Shown here one piece after another: positions 30,618-39,545 of a stretch of 64,000 nucleotides of DNA (its first letter is position 1; each line of letters opens with the position of its first letter). The notes under the pieces are model-generated. The model did no database searches and was not told the DNA's origin. It saw only the letters and a program-made list of their open reading frames with translations. The position numbers and the translations under genes were made by a program. The DNA comes from an uncultured Planctomycetales bacterium (GTDB lineage Bacteria > Omnitrophota > Gorgyraeia > Zapsychrales > JANLHA01). Location of the stretch: contig CAYJXI010000005.1 of assembly GCA_964374105.1 (NCBI GenBank), positions 12,440 to 76,439 on the forward strand. Reading direction: 5' to 3'.

Positions 30618-31190
30618 ATGAAAAATAGGGTGCGAACAATTCTGTTATTTATTTTTTTGATGATGATCTTTTCTCTAACAAGATCATCTTATTCTTTCGG
30701 ACAACTTTTCTTTTTCGAGAATCCATTGATAGGCAAACAAGCTCCGGATTTTACCTTGAAGACATTGAGTGGCAAAAGTTTGAATTTGAATCAATGGCGT
30801 AAGGGAGATCCCGCTATTGTATTTTTTTGGGCAACGTGGTGCCCGCATTGCCGCCAGCAGTTGGGGGAGTTAAATGATCAGAGTCAGCAGATAGCGCAAA
30901 AGGGGATCAAACTTATCTTGGTCGATTTGGGAGAGGAAGCCAAAAAGGTGCGCTCTTATATGGAGAAGAATCAATATTCTTTTGATGTTTTTTTGGATGA
31001 GGATTCCTCCGTATCAGAAAAGTATGGAATTATAGGAGTCCCCACTTTCTTTTTCGTTGATAAAGCTGGGATCATTCAAGCGGTGGAGCATGCCATTCCG
31101 GAAGACTATGACAAGATTTTTTTAGAGGAAAACAAAGGCGAAATTGAAAAGGGGGTTGAAGGTAAGAAAGAGGTTAAAGATAAGACGTAA
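30618..31190 (+). CDS. Periplasmic thiol:disulfide oxidoreductase of the TlpA/ResA/DsbE thioredoxin family
   Basis: 190-aa protein with a signal peptide/TM (ILLFIFLMMIFSLT) and a thioredoxin fold with WATWCPHC CxxC active site. RBS AGAGAGG upstream. Confidence 0.75.
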   Translation: MKNRVRTILLFIFLMMIFSLTRSSYSFGQLFFFENPLIGKQAPDFTLKTLSGKSLNLNQWRKGDPAIVFFWATWCPHCRQQLGELNDQSQQIAQKGIKLILVDLGEEAKKVRSYMEKNQYSFDVFLDEDSSVSEKYGIIGVPTFFFVDKAGIIQAVEHAIPEDYDKIFLEENKGEIEKGVEGKKEVKDKT

Positions 31191-31240
31191 ATTTTTAAGA
31201 ATTCCCTTCTGTAGCTAAAGGAGTGTCCCGGGACTTTCAG

Positions 31241-32737
31241 TTAGTTTCTTTCACTGTTTTGATCCAAAAGTTTTGAGATATTGTCTTCCAAATCTGCCCG
31301 AAGCCTTAAAAGAGTTAAAAAGTCATTGAAGGCCGCAGTTTTCATCTCGAATAACAGCGTCTTGCTAAAAGCCTCTTTTTGTTTTTCAAATTCCTTCTGA
31401 TCAATCGGAATTCGGCTATCCAGGTGTAAGATACAAAAACCGGTTTCTGTCTCAACGATTCCCTCCGATAATTTCCTCTCTTCATTTAAGGAGAAAGCCA
31501 TTTCCTGAAAATCCCTTGAAATCCCAATTTTGGGGAGATATTCCCCCCGGCTGAAAACAGGGGTCTGATGGATTTCCAATCCCTGGTTTTTGGCAATATC
31601 AACAAAGTCAGGCCTTCTTAAAGATTGAAAAGTCTGTTGGATCAATTTTAAATTTTCTTCTGCTTTCTGTTGGGCAATTTTTTTGGCTTGCGATTTGATC
31701 CAGGCCTCTTTGACTTTATCTTTGGTTTCCTCATAGTCAGGAATGTTAGTATCTTTTTTTTCCAAGATTCTTAAGATTTGAAATCCTTTAGGGGTTTGAA
31801 GGGGTTCACTGATTTCCCCTACCTTTAATTGGAAAATTTTTTGCAGGATAGGATAAGACCAGCCGACTTTAAGATTGGGTTGTTCAATGCTAAAAAAGTC
31901 ACTTCTTTCTACCGTAAGATTAAATTTCGCAGCGACTTGTTGAAAGTCAGCCACCTGAGAAACTTCTGTCCTAACCTGCTGGACTGTAGAATAAACATTT
32001 TCCTGATCTTCCTTTGACGCATTTTCCGGATAGTCGAAGGAAATATATTCCACATTGATCATCTCAGGCAACTGAAATTTTTCTTTGTTCTTTTGATAAT
32101 AGTCTATGGCTTGGTCTTCATCAAAGGTGACTTGGTTGGTGTAATTTTCCGGAGAGAATAAGATATAGCTGATTTGAATTTTTTCCTTTTTTTTCTTATA
32201 GGCGTTGAAAATTTCTTCATTTGAGATAGTGATTTTAGCTGTTTGTTTTTCAAATAATCGCATCAATTTTAGATTTTCTCGGATTCCTTCTTCAAAATCT
32301 CGAGATCGAATGGAAAAAGCCTTGCGAAGAATCACATCATAGAGTCTTTTATCAAATTGTCCATTGGTTTGAAACAAGGAATTCTCTTTTATGGTTTTAA
32401 TTACATCTTGGTCGGGAATTTTAATTTTTTGCTTTTGGGCTTCATGAAGCAAAATGATCCGATCCCATGTCTTGGCCTCCAAGTTTAGATATTCCTTTAT
32501 TTGCCGATAATTTTCGGGGTATTGAATCATGGCTTCAATTTGAGTAAGAAGATAATGACGTTCAAATTCTTTAGGAGGGATCTTTTTCCCAAAGATCTTT
32601 CCGGCATAATTCAGTCCTTGGGGTTCATTTAAGGAATAGGTCTGCCAGAAGATACCAAAAGAAAGGATGATCCCAAAGGTGATCATCCATAAAATTTTTT
32701 GCATAACTCCTTTTTTCCGGAGAATTTTAAGAACCAT
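31241..32737 (-). CDS. ppiD: Membrane-anchored periplasmic chaperone of the PpiD/SurA family (peptidyl-prolyl isomerase-like with a degenerate parvulin domain)
   Basis: 498-aa protein with an N-terminal TM anchor (ILWMITFGIILSFGIF), a SurA-N-like region and a parvulin-like segment. Confidence 0.6.
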   Translation of the reverse strand: MVLKILRKKGVMQKILWMITFGIILSFGIFWQTYSLNEPQGLNYAGKIFGKKIPPKEFERHYLLTQIEAMIQYPENYRQIKEYLNLEAKTWDRIILLHEAQKQKIKIPDQDVIKTIKENSLFQTNGQFDKRLYDVILRKAFSIRSRDFEEGIRENLKLMRLFEKQTAKITISNEEIFNAYKKKKEKIQISYILFSPENYTNQVTFDEDQAIDYYQKNKEKFQLPEMINVEYISFDYPENASKEDQENVYSTVQQVRTEVSQVADFQQVAAKFNLTVERSDFFSIEQPNLKVGWSYPILQKIFQLKVGEISEPLQTPKGFQILRILEKKDTNIPDYEETKDKVKEAWIKSQAKKIAQQKAEENLKLIQQTFQSLRRPDFVDIAKNQGLEIHQTPVFSRGEYLPKIGISRDFQEMAFSLNEERKLSEGIVETETGFCILHLDSRIPIDQKEFEKQKEAFSKTLLFEMKTAAFNDFLTLLRLRADLEDNISKLLDQNSERN

Positions 32738-32953
32738 GGGAGCCTCACATAAATTAGATCAATGAAATTAAATTTCCAAATTGCAGTCATTATATCTTTG
32801 AAATTCTTCTTTGACAAGATAGAACAAGCATATCCTGCAGTTTAAGATTAGACTTGTTTTTAAAAAACAAATTTTCTTTACAAGGTTTATACACAAAGTT
32901 ATAATACCCCCTGTTTATAAATAATAGTAATAGAGCTATTAGGATAACTAAAA

Positions 32954-33844
32954 GTGATGAAAAAATTAGAGAATAAATTGAAATTGGGATTACCTAAAGG
33001 AAGCCTGCAAGAGGCCACGGTCAAGGTCTTTGAAAGGGCGGGATTTAAAATCTATGTTTCTGAGCGTTCGTATTTCCCCGTCATTGATGATCATGAAATT
33101 GAGCCCGTCCTACTCCGGGCTCAGGAGATGTCTAGGTATGTGGAGGATGGGGTCTTAGATTGTGGGATTACGGGGCATGATTGGATTTTAGAAAATCAGT
33201 CGGAAGTCGTAGCGCTGGCAGAGTTGGTTTATGCCAAACAATCCTCAGTGAAGGTCCGCTGGGTTTTAGCTGTCCCGGAAAATTCTAACGTCCATTCGGT
33301 TAAAGATCTCAATGGTAAGAGAATCGCTACCGAACTTGTGACCGTTACAAAGAATTTCTTAAAACAAAATAAAGTCAGAGCGGATGTCGAGTTTAGTTGG
33401 GGAGCAACCGAGGCTAAAGTCGCCACCGGGCTTGTGGATGCGGTTGTGGAACTGACGGAAACAGGAACAAGTTTAAGGGCCAATAAATTACGCATCGTGA
33501 CCACCATCTGTGAGTCTTCTACTCAATTTATCTGCAATAAGGAAGCTATTAAGCATTCTTGGAAACGACAGAAAATGGAACAAATCACCATGCTTTTAAA
33601 AGGGGCAATTGAGGCCGATGGGATGGTTGGGTTAAAAATGAATGTTGAGAAGAAAAATTTGGATAATGTATTAAACTTGTTGACTTCATTAAAAAATCCA
33701 ACGATCTCAAATTTGAGTCAGGCCGGCTGGCTGGCCGTTGAAACAGTCATCCATGAGGGAAAAGTCCGTACTTTGATCCTGGAACTTAAAAAAGTCGGAG
33801 CTCAAGGCATCATTGAATATTCCCTTAATAAAATTATATACTAG
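32954..33844 (+). CDS. hisG: ATP phosphoribosyltransferase, long form with C-terminal regulatory domain
   Basis: 296 aa. Motifs LGLPKGSL, D(C)GITGHDW and TGTSLRAN, plus a C-terminal HisG_C-like domain. No other his genes are nearby. Confidence 0.8.
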   Translation: MMKKLENKLKLGLPKGSLQEATVKVFERAGFKIYVSERSYFPVIDDHEIEPVLLRAQEMSRYVEDGVLDCGITGHDWILENQSEVVALAELVYAKQSSVKVRWVLAVPENSNVHSVKDLNGKRIATELVTVTKNFLKQNKVRADVEFSWGATEAKVATGLVDAVVELTETGTSLRANKLRIVTTICESSTQFICNKEAIKHSWKRQKMEQITMLLKGAIEADGMVGLKMNVEKKNLDNVLNLLTSLKNPTISNLSQAGWLAVETVIHEGKVRTLILELKKVGAQGIIEYSLNKIIY

Positions 33845-33889
33845 TAGTATGAGAAAAGTTAAAAACCCAATAAAGTAAAGGTAAAGATT

Positions 33890-33991
33890 ATGCCTTGCGG
33901 CAGAAAAAGAAAATTAAGAAAAATTAGAACTCACAAGCGAAAAAAACTTAGAAAGGCCCTGCGCCACCTCAAAAAGCGGGATTGGGCATAA
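33890..33991 (+). CDS. 33-aa extremely basic small protein resembling ribosomal protein bS22-like peptides; missed by the 60-aa ORF cutoff
   Basis: ORF MPCGRKRKLRKIRTHKRKKLRKALRHLKKRDWA. Its composition and pattern (MPxGxKRK...THKRKK.LRK.RH.KK) are like bS22-type peptides. Call made from memory of the family, with no search. Weak RBS (AAAGG). Confidence 0.45.
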   Translation: MPCGRKRKLRKIRTHKRKKLRKALRHLKKRDWA

Positions 33992-34180
33992 GCTGATTTT
34001 AAGAATTGGTTGCAACAATTATGAACAAAACCTCAATCCATTAGCTTTTCGGTGGTGGGGTTCAAGTTTTACAAATTTTTGTACTTAAAGTCAATTATGT
34101 TTGAGACAGTTTTAAAGTTAGCCTTGAGTTAAGCTTAAGATAAGATTTAAAAAATTTTATCAAAAGGGGCATAGAGAGTT

Positions 34181-35161
34181 ATGAGGAAAAGCAGAGATAT
34201 TAAATTATACTTAGTGATCTTCTTCACTTTAGGATTTTTTAGTCAATTTCTGACTCCCTCTTTAGCCAATGAAGATCTTAATAGGCGGGCGAAGAGTCTG
34301 GCCGCTTATACGCTTGGTGTCATATACGATCTTCAAGGATTCCCGGAAAAGGCCATTGACGAATATGAAAAGGCCGCAGAAATGGAAGATCATTCTGCTA
34401 TCCATTTGCGGTTAGGTGCGGATTTTGCCAGGCTGGGAAAGCTGGATCAAGCTATAGTCCACTTGCAGCAAGTTCTTGAAAAAGATTCCAGTAATATTCA
34501 AGCCCGATATCTTCTTGGCCTTATCTATTTTACGGAAAAACAATACGACAAGGCTGCCCAACAATATGAAATTATTCTTCAATCGCTTGCACAAATTGAA
34601 CCGGAAAATATTGAAATCTACAGCAATCTTGCGCAATTATATTATTCCCAGAAAGATTATGAAAAGGCCATTCATCAGTTTGAAAAAATTCTTTCTATTG
34701 AACCGAGCAATGTGGATATCCTATATCTTTTAGGATCTTTGTACGTCGAATTGAATAAACGCGATCAGGCCATTGAATTGTTTACAAAAGCTATCAAAAT
34801 TGACCCCGACCATGATGGGATTTTGAATTCTCTAGGTTATTTGTATGCTGAGGATGGAATTAATTTGGATGAAGCCCAAAGCCTTATTGAACGGGCCTTG
34901 AAACTTAATCCGGAAAATGGGGCTTATTTGGACAGTTTAGGATGGGTTTATTTCAAAAAAGGTCAATACGAACAAGCGCTCAAATATCTAAAACAAGCAG
35001 ACAATTATCTTAAAGATCCAGTGATTTATGAACACATAGGGGATGTTTATTTCCAATTGAATAAGACAGAAGGAGCCAAAAAATATTGGAGTCTATCCTT
35101 AGAATTATTCCCGGATCAGGAAAGAGTTGTAAATAAATTAAAATTGTTGAAACAAAATTAG
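34181..35161 (+). CDS. Exported tetratricopeptide-repeat (TPR) protein
   Basis: 326-aa protein with a signal peptide (LYLVIFFTLGFFSQFLTPSLA) followed by multiple 34-aa TPR units (Y/A/L/G periodicity, for example AxxxLGxxYxxxxxYxxAxxxFxKAL). Confidence 0.75.
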   Translation: MRKSRDIKLYLVIFFTLGFFSQFLTPSLANEDLNRRAKSLAAYTLGVIYDLQGFPEKAIDEYEKAAEMEDHSAIHLRLGADFARLGKLDQAIVHLQQVLEKDSSNIQARYLLGLIYFTEKQYDKAAQQYEIILQSLAQIEPENIEIYSNLAQLYYSQKDYEKAIHQFEKILSIEPSNVDILYLLGSLYVELNKRDQAIELFTKAIKIDPDHDGILNSLGYLYAEDGINLDEAQSLIERALKLNPENGAYLDSLGWVYFKKGQYEQALKYLKQADNYLKDPVIYEHIGDVYFQLNKTEGAKKYWSLSLELFPDQERVVNKLKLLKQN

Positions 35162-35293
35162 GTTATAGCTTTCGCATAGCCCTTAACCAAAGAAAAATCG
35201 CACGTTATATCAATATTTCAAGCTTTATCCCAAGGAGTTTTTTCAATCCATTCAAAATGATTTTTATCACAATTTGAGTTCGATATATATTAG

Positions 35294-36151
35294 ATGAGTA
35301 GTATTACCCTTCGATCCCCTGCCAAACTTAATCTTTTCTTAAGAGTCCTCAATAGAAGATGGGATGGCTATCATAATCTGGAGACATTATTTGAGAGGAT
35401 TAATTTGTGGGATGATATTGAGTTGAAAACGAATAAAACGGGGCGAATCCGAGTCTATTGCAATCATCCCCATGTCCCGCAAGGACCCAAAAACCTTGTT
35501 TATCGTGTTGCGCATATTTTAAAGCAGAATTATAAGATTTCAGATGGAATTGACATCAAAATCACAAAACGAATCCCTGTTGCGGCCGGTTTAGCGGGCG
35601 GTTCAAGCAATGCAGCGAGTGTTCTTCTAGGACTCAATAAAATCTGGAAATTATTCTTACCTTTGCAGAAACTGGTTTCGATTGGGCAGGGGTTAGGAAG
35701 TGATATCTCATTTTTCTTATATAACTGTAGCTGGGCTTTAGGATTAAACCGGGGTGACCGAATAAAAATAGTTTTTTTATCAACTCGACTTTGGCACATC
35801 CTGATTGTGCCTTGCGTCAAAATGTATTCGTCAGAAGTATTTACGGGGCTTAATTTGCAGTTGACAAAGAGAGTTGATAATGTTAATATTTTAATCCACT
35901 ATTTAAGGAAAAATTGCCTTAAAGAAGCCGGTGTATTATTACATAATGATTTGGAGTCAAGCATTTTAAGACTTCAACCTCAGCTGAAAACCCTGAAAGA
36001 AAGGTTACAAAAGTGGCCCGTTCTAGGGGTCTGTTTCTCTGGGAGTGGTCCTTCTCTTTTCGGATTAACCCGAAATAAGCAAGATGCAGAAAGGATAAGA
36101 TTAGCCCTTAGTAAAATTTATAAGCAGGTATTTGTTGTTACCACATTGTAA
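35294..36151 (+). CDS. ispE: 4-diphosphocytidyl-2-C-methyl-D-erythritol kinase
   Basis: 285-aa GHMP kinase. N-terminus SPAKLNLFLRV..RR.DGYH.L and ATP-binding loop PVAAGLAGGSSNAASVLLGLN. Confidence 0.8.
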   Translation: MSSITLRSPAKLNLFLRVLNRRWDGYHNLETLFERINLWDDIELKTNKTGRIRVYCNHPHVPQGPKNLVYRVAHILKQNYKISDGIDIKITKRIPVAAGLAGGSSNAASVLLGLNKIWKLFLPLQKLVSIGQGLGSDISFFLYNCSWALGLNRGDRIKIVFLSTRLWHILIVPCVKMYSSEVFTGLNLQLTKRVDNVNILIHYLRKNCLKEAGVLLHNDLESSILRLQPQLKTLKERLQKWPVLGVCFSGSGPSLFGLTRNKQDAERIRLALSKIYKQVFVVTTL

Positions 36152-36159
36152 TAGGAGTC

Positions 36160-36270
36160 CTTCGGCCTCGCCTCACACCTCGTGCCGAGCCTCGGTGCGA
36201 GGCAGGACGATAGATGCCCAACACCTGCTTGTCGCCTGCCTGACGGCAGTCAGGGCAGAGAGGCGCCAAA
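36160..36270. repeat. GC-rich palindromic intergenic element, a member of a dispersed family with the core CCTGCCTGACGG(C/T)AG
   Basis: GCCTCGC...GCGAGGC stem (36165-36202). CTGCC-TGACGGCAGTCAG-GGCAG hairpin with an internal CTGAC-GGCA-GTCAG motif around 36236-36258. About 65% GC in a roughly 40% GC context. Related cores occur at 39361-39380 and 63594-63615. Confidence 0.5.
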
Positions 36271-36329
36271 ACTATTTTGGGTAATAAAAATGGTGAAGGG
36301 CCTGAACCATAATAGGAGGAAAACATCTT

Positions 36330-36734
36330 ATGCATATCACAGAGATCAGGGTGTTTTTAAAAGAAGGACAGGATAAGAAATTAAAGGCTTATACAACAGT
36401 CACTTTTGATAATGCCTTTGTCGTAAGGAATATTAAAGTCATTCAAGGGGCAAACGGGTTATTTATTGCTATGCCTTCAAGAAAGGTCAAAAATCCCTGC
36501 CCCAAGTGCAGTTTTAAAAATGAGGCAGGGAGTAAATTTTGCAATCAATGTGGTGCGTCAGTTCCCGCACATGCTCAGGAGGAACATGAAACACACGATG
36601 TTAAATCAGATCATCGTGATATAGCCCATCCTATAACCCAGGAATTCCGGGAGTATTTGCAAAAAGAGATCCTAGAGGCTTACAAAAAAGAAGTGGAGAA
36701 AAACCCTTCCCAAGGACGCTCCTCGGGCGTTTGA
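36330..36734 (+). CDS. spoVG: SpoVG-family protein fused to a C-terminal zinc-ribbon and an acidic His-rich tail
   Basis: N-terminal roughly 85 aa are SpoVG-like (MHITEIRVFLKEG..KLKAYTTVTFDNAFVVRNIKVIQGANGLFIAMPSRK). This is followed by CPKCSFKNEAGSKFCNQCG (CxxC-x10-CxxC) and HAQEEHETHD..DHRDIAH. GGAGG RBS 9 nt upstream. Confidence 0.75.
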   Translation: MHITEIRVFLKEGQDKKLKAYTTVTFDNAFVVRNIKVIQGANGLFIAMPSRKVKNPCPKCSFKNEAGSKFCNQCGASVPAHAQEEHETHDVKSDHRDIAHPITQEFREYLQKEILEAYKKEVEKNPSQGRSSGV

Positions 36735-36787
36735 ACCTCCGAGAGTAATCCTTAAGGTCTGTTGATAAAAACGACAAAAGGAATTAT

Positions 36788-36859
36788 TGCCCGGTGGTGT
36801 AATTGGTAACACACGAGACTTTGGATCTCGGTTTCCTGGTTCGAGCCCAGGCTGGGCAG
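36788..36859 (+). tRNA. tRNA-Gln (anticodon UUG)
   Basis: Hand-folded 72-nt cloverleaf. Acceptor stem TGCCCGG/CTGGGCA with one G-T wobble. D-arm GTGT-AATTGGTA-ACAC. Anticodon arm CGAGA-CTTTGGA-TCTCG gives anticodon TTG. T-arm CCTGG-TTCGAGC-CCAGG. U1:A72 and G73 are tRNA-Gln identity features. CCA is not encoded. Confidence 0.75.
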
Positions 36860-36995
36860 TTTCTGGTAAGTCATCTACGATTCGGAGGCTTTGGTTAAGG
36901 AAATGTAAGCTAAAGAAGTTTCACGACAAATTTAATAGTTATATAACATTTGTTAAAATTATCAAAAAAAATGTCTAAGGAAGTGAAAAGAATTT

Positions 36996-38258
36996 ATGAA
37001 AGGATTGCGAACGATTATCTTGGCGGCAGGGAAAGGAACTCGGATCAAATCTGAGACCCCTAAAGTTTTACATTCGGTTTGTGGGAAGCCTTTGCTCCAA
37101 TATGTCTTGGATGTTGTTTTTGATATCGGTTCTGTGAAAAATTGTGTCGTCTTAGGACATCGAAGTCAACAAGTCAAAGAAGCTCTACGGAATGATATTC
37201 AAGTTGTCATCCAAAAAAGACTTCTAGGCACAGCAGATGCGGTTAAATGCGCTTATAAATATTTTAAGAATTATAAAGGGGATGTTTTGATATTGTGTGG
37301 GGATACACCCCTTTTACATCCAGAAACGCTTAAAAAATTAATCAGAAAACACCGCAAGACCAATGCCGCTTGCACCTTTTTGACAGCGTTTGTTCAAGAA
37401 CCCATTGGTTACGGCCGAGTATTAAGAGATTCCAAGGGGATGGCGGTTGCTATCCGAGAAGAGAATGATGCAACCGAATTTGAAAAGAATATTATCGAGA
37501 TCAATGTGGGGGTTTATTGCTTTAAAAGTAATATTTTATTTCAATTGATTAATGACATTAGAGTCAATAAGAGGAAAAAAGAGTTTTATTTAACCGATAT
37601 CATCGAAATTTTGACTCAACAGGGAGATAAGAACGAAACGTTAGAAGTTGAAGAGGCTAACGAAGGGCTAGGAATTAATACAAGAGAGGATTTGGCCAAA
37701 TCGGAGGCGATTTTACGGCAGCGTATTTTAAAGGAATTCATGTTGAAGGGCGTAACCATCGTTGATCCTCAAACGGCTTTCATTCATGCAGATGTAAAAA
37801 TTGGCCAAGATACAGTTATTTGTCCTTTTACGATTATAGAAAGCAATGTGGTCGTTGGAGCTAATTGTATCATAGGACCTTTTGCTCATTTAAGGCCAGG
37901 AACAAAAATCGGGAATCATGTCCAGGTAGGAAATTTCGCTGAGGTGTCTCGAACTCAGCTTGGAGAGCGTACCTTGATGAAACATTTCTCTTTTTTAGGT
38001 GATGCCCAGGTGGGGTCGCATGTCAATATTGGGGCGGGAGTCGTCACCGCCAATTTTGATGGAAAGGTAAAAAATAAGACGAGGATTCTCGATAACGCCT
38101 TTATCGGTTCAGACTCCATCTTAGTGGCACCCGTGAAGATTGGCAAAAAAGCTATTACTGGGGCAGGATGTGTTGTGACCAAAGGGAAAATCATTCCCGA
38201 TCGCAGTGTGGTAGTGGGGGTACCGGGAAGGATTCTTAAAAGAAAAGTAAAAAGTTGA
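36996..38258 (+). CDS. glmU: Bifunctional UDP-N-acetylglucosamine pyrophosphorylase / glucosamine-1-phosphate N-acetyltransferase
   Basis: 420 aa. N-terminus ILAAGKGTRIKS..PKVLH, with C-terminal left-handed beta-helix hexapeptide repeats. Confidence 0.85.
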   Translation: MKGLRTIILAAGKGTRIKSETPKVLHSVCGKPLLQYVLDVVFDIGSVKNCVVLGHRSQQVKEALRNDIQVVIQKRLLGTADAVKCAYKYFKNYKGDVLILCGDTPLLHPETLKKLIRKHRKTNAACTFLTAFVQEPIGYGRVLRDSKGMAVAIREENDATEFEKNIIEINVGVYCFKSNILFQLINDIRVNKRKKEFYLTDIIEILTQQGDKNETLEVEEANEGLGINTREDLAKSEAILRQRILKEFMLKGVTIVDPQTAFIHADVKIGQDTVICPFTIIESNVVVGANCIIGPFAHLRPGTKIGNHVQVGNFAEVSRTQLGERTLMKHFSFLGDAQVGSHVNIGAGVVTANFDGKVKNKTRILDNAFIGSDSILVAPVKIGKKAITGAGCVVTKGKIIPDRSVVVGVPGRILKRKVKS

Positions 38259-38344
38259 GATTAAACATATTTTCATTTTTTTTAAGATTTTTAAATGAGA
38301 AATGGGAAGAGATCCTCGTTGGTTAATATAAGGATTCTACGATA

Positions 38345-39304
38345 ATGAATGATCTGGCTGTTTTTGCGGGTAATGCCAACAAAGCCTTGGCGGAAAAAAT
38401 CGCTACCAGTTTGAAAGTTTCTCTGACGGATGTTTTGGTCAGCCGGTTCAGCGAGGGGGAAATTCAGGTCCAAATCAAGGAAAATATCCGGGGGAAAGAT
38501 GTTTTCATCATTCAGCCGACCTGTCCGCCACCCAATGAAAATTTAATGGAGTTATTGATCTTGATTGATGCCGCGCGCCGGGCTTCTGCACAAAGGATCA
38601 CCGCGGTTTTGCCTTATTATGGTTATGCAAGACAGGATCGCAAAGATCAACCGCGGGTACCGATTACGGCTAAACTGGTGGCTAATCTCATCGTTGCGGC
38701 CGGGGCCAATCGAGTCTTGGCTCTGGATTTGCATGCCAGTCAGATCCAAGGATTTTTTGATATTCCCGTAGATCACTTATATGCCATTAACACGATGTGT
38801 GATTATATTGTGAAGAAAAAATTAAATAAAAAAGATTTGGTGGTGGTTTCCCCAGACGTTGGGAGTCTTAAAATGGCGCGTGCCTATGCCAAAAAATTAA
38901 AAGCGAGTTTCGCCGTTGTGGATAAAAGACGAGTTAACAGTACTCAAATAGAAGTGTTGAATATCTTAGGTGACGTTAAAGGAAAGACTGCGCTGATGGT
39001 GGATGATATTGTTGCTACGGCAGGTTCTTTGGTGGACGCCGTACAAGGACTGGGGAAGAGCGGCGTCATAAGCGTCTATGCGACTATTACTCATGGGATT
39101 CTTTCGGGGAATGCTCTTCAGAAGATTAATGATTGCCAGATTCTTAAGGAAGTATGTATCTCGGATAGTATTCCTTGCAAAGATGGGAACAATCCGAATT
39201 CTAAGATAAAGATTGTATCGGTGGCTTCCATGCTGGCTGAGGCTATTCAAAGGATTCATAATGAGAAGTCGGTCAGCTGTTTATTTGACGAACCGAGAAC
39301 CTAA
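38345..39304 (+). CDS. prs: Ribose-phosphate pyrophosphokinase (PRPP synthetase)
   Basis: 319 aa. Start LAVFAGNANKALAEKIA, with conserved GY(A/C)RQDRK and DLHA..IQGFFD motifs. Confidence 0.9.
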   Translation: MNDLAVFAGNANKALAEKIATSLKVSLTDVLVSRFSEGEIQVQIKENIRGKDVFIIQPTCPPPNENLMELLILIDAARRASAQRITAVLPYYGYARQDRKDQPRVPITAKLVANLIVAAGANRVLALDLHASQIQGFFDIPVDHLYAINTMCDYIVKKKLNKKDLVVVSPDVGSLKMARAYAKKLKASFAVVDKRRVNSTQIEVLNILGDVKGKTALMVDDIVATAGSLVDAVQGLGKSGVISVYATITHGILSGNALQKINDCQILKEVCISDSIPCKDGNNPNSKIKIVSVASMLAEAIQRIHNEKSVSCLFDEPRT

Positions 39305-39309
39305 TTTTT

Positions 39310-39462
39310 TTATTAGAAACGGTTTCATAATCTCCTTTTGTCATTCCCGAACGTCTTAACCTGCCTGTCGGCAGACAGGTCGGTCCCACCCAGGTGGGAC
39401 TGCTTTCGCAGGAATGACACCGGAGACGGAGGAGTTAGAGGTTATGAAACCACTTCTAATAA
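39310..39462. mobile_element. MITE-like GC-rich palindromic element of about 153 nt with 21-bp terminal inverted repeats
   Basis: Outer TIR TTATTAGAAACGGTTTCATAA (39310-39330) versus TTATGAAACCACTTCTAATAA (39442-39462), 19/21 complementary. Inner inverted repeat GTCATTCC (39343-39350) / GGAATGAC (39411-39418). Internal hairpins CCTGTC-GGCA-GACAGG and GTCCCAC-CCAG-GTGGGAC. The inner part is homologous to the repeats at 36160-36270 and 63589-63679. Confidence 0.55.
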
Positions 39463-39545
39463 GAAGGAGTGATGAAGATAGTAAGCTGTGCTAAAGAGGT
39501 TGACCCACGAAACGAAATTAATGAATTTTGAAGAGGTGAAAGGCA

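Noticed and set aside
36138-36376. ORFs 36138..36335 (minus strand) and 36182..36376 (plus strand) with Arg/Gly/Pro-rich products
   Set aside because: They lie entirely within the GC-rich palindromic repeat after ispE. Their composition reflects the repeat, not a protein.
36787-36978. 63-aa ORF MPGGVIGNTRDF...
   Set aside because: It overlaps the tRNA-Gln gene (36788-36859) and the glmU leader. No RBS. An artefact.
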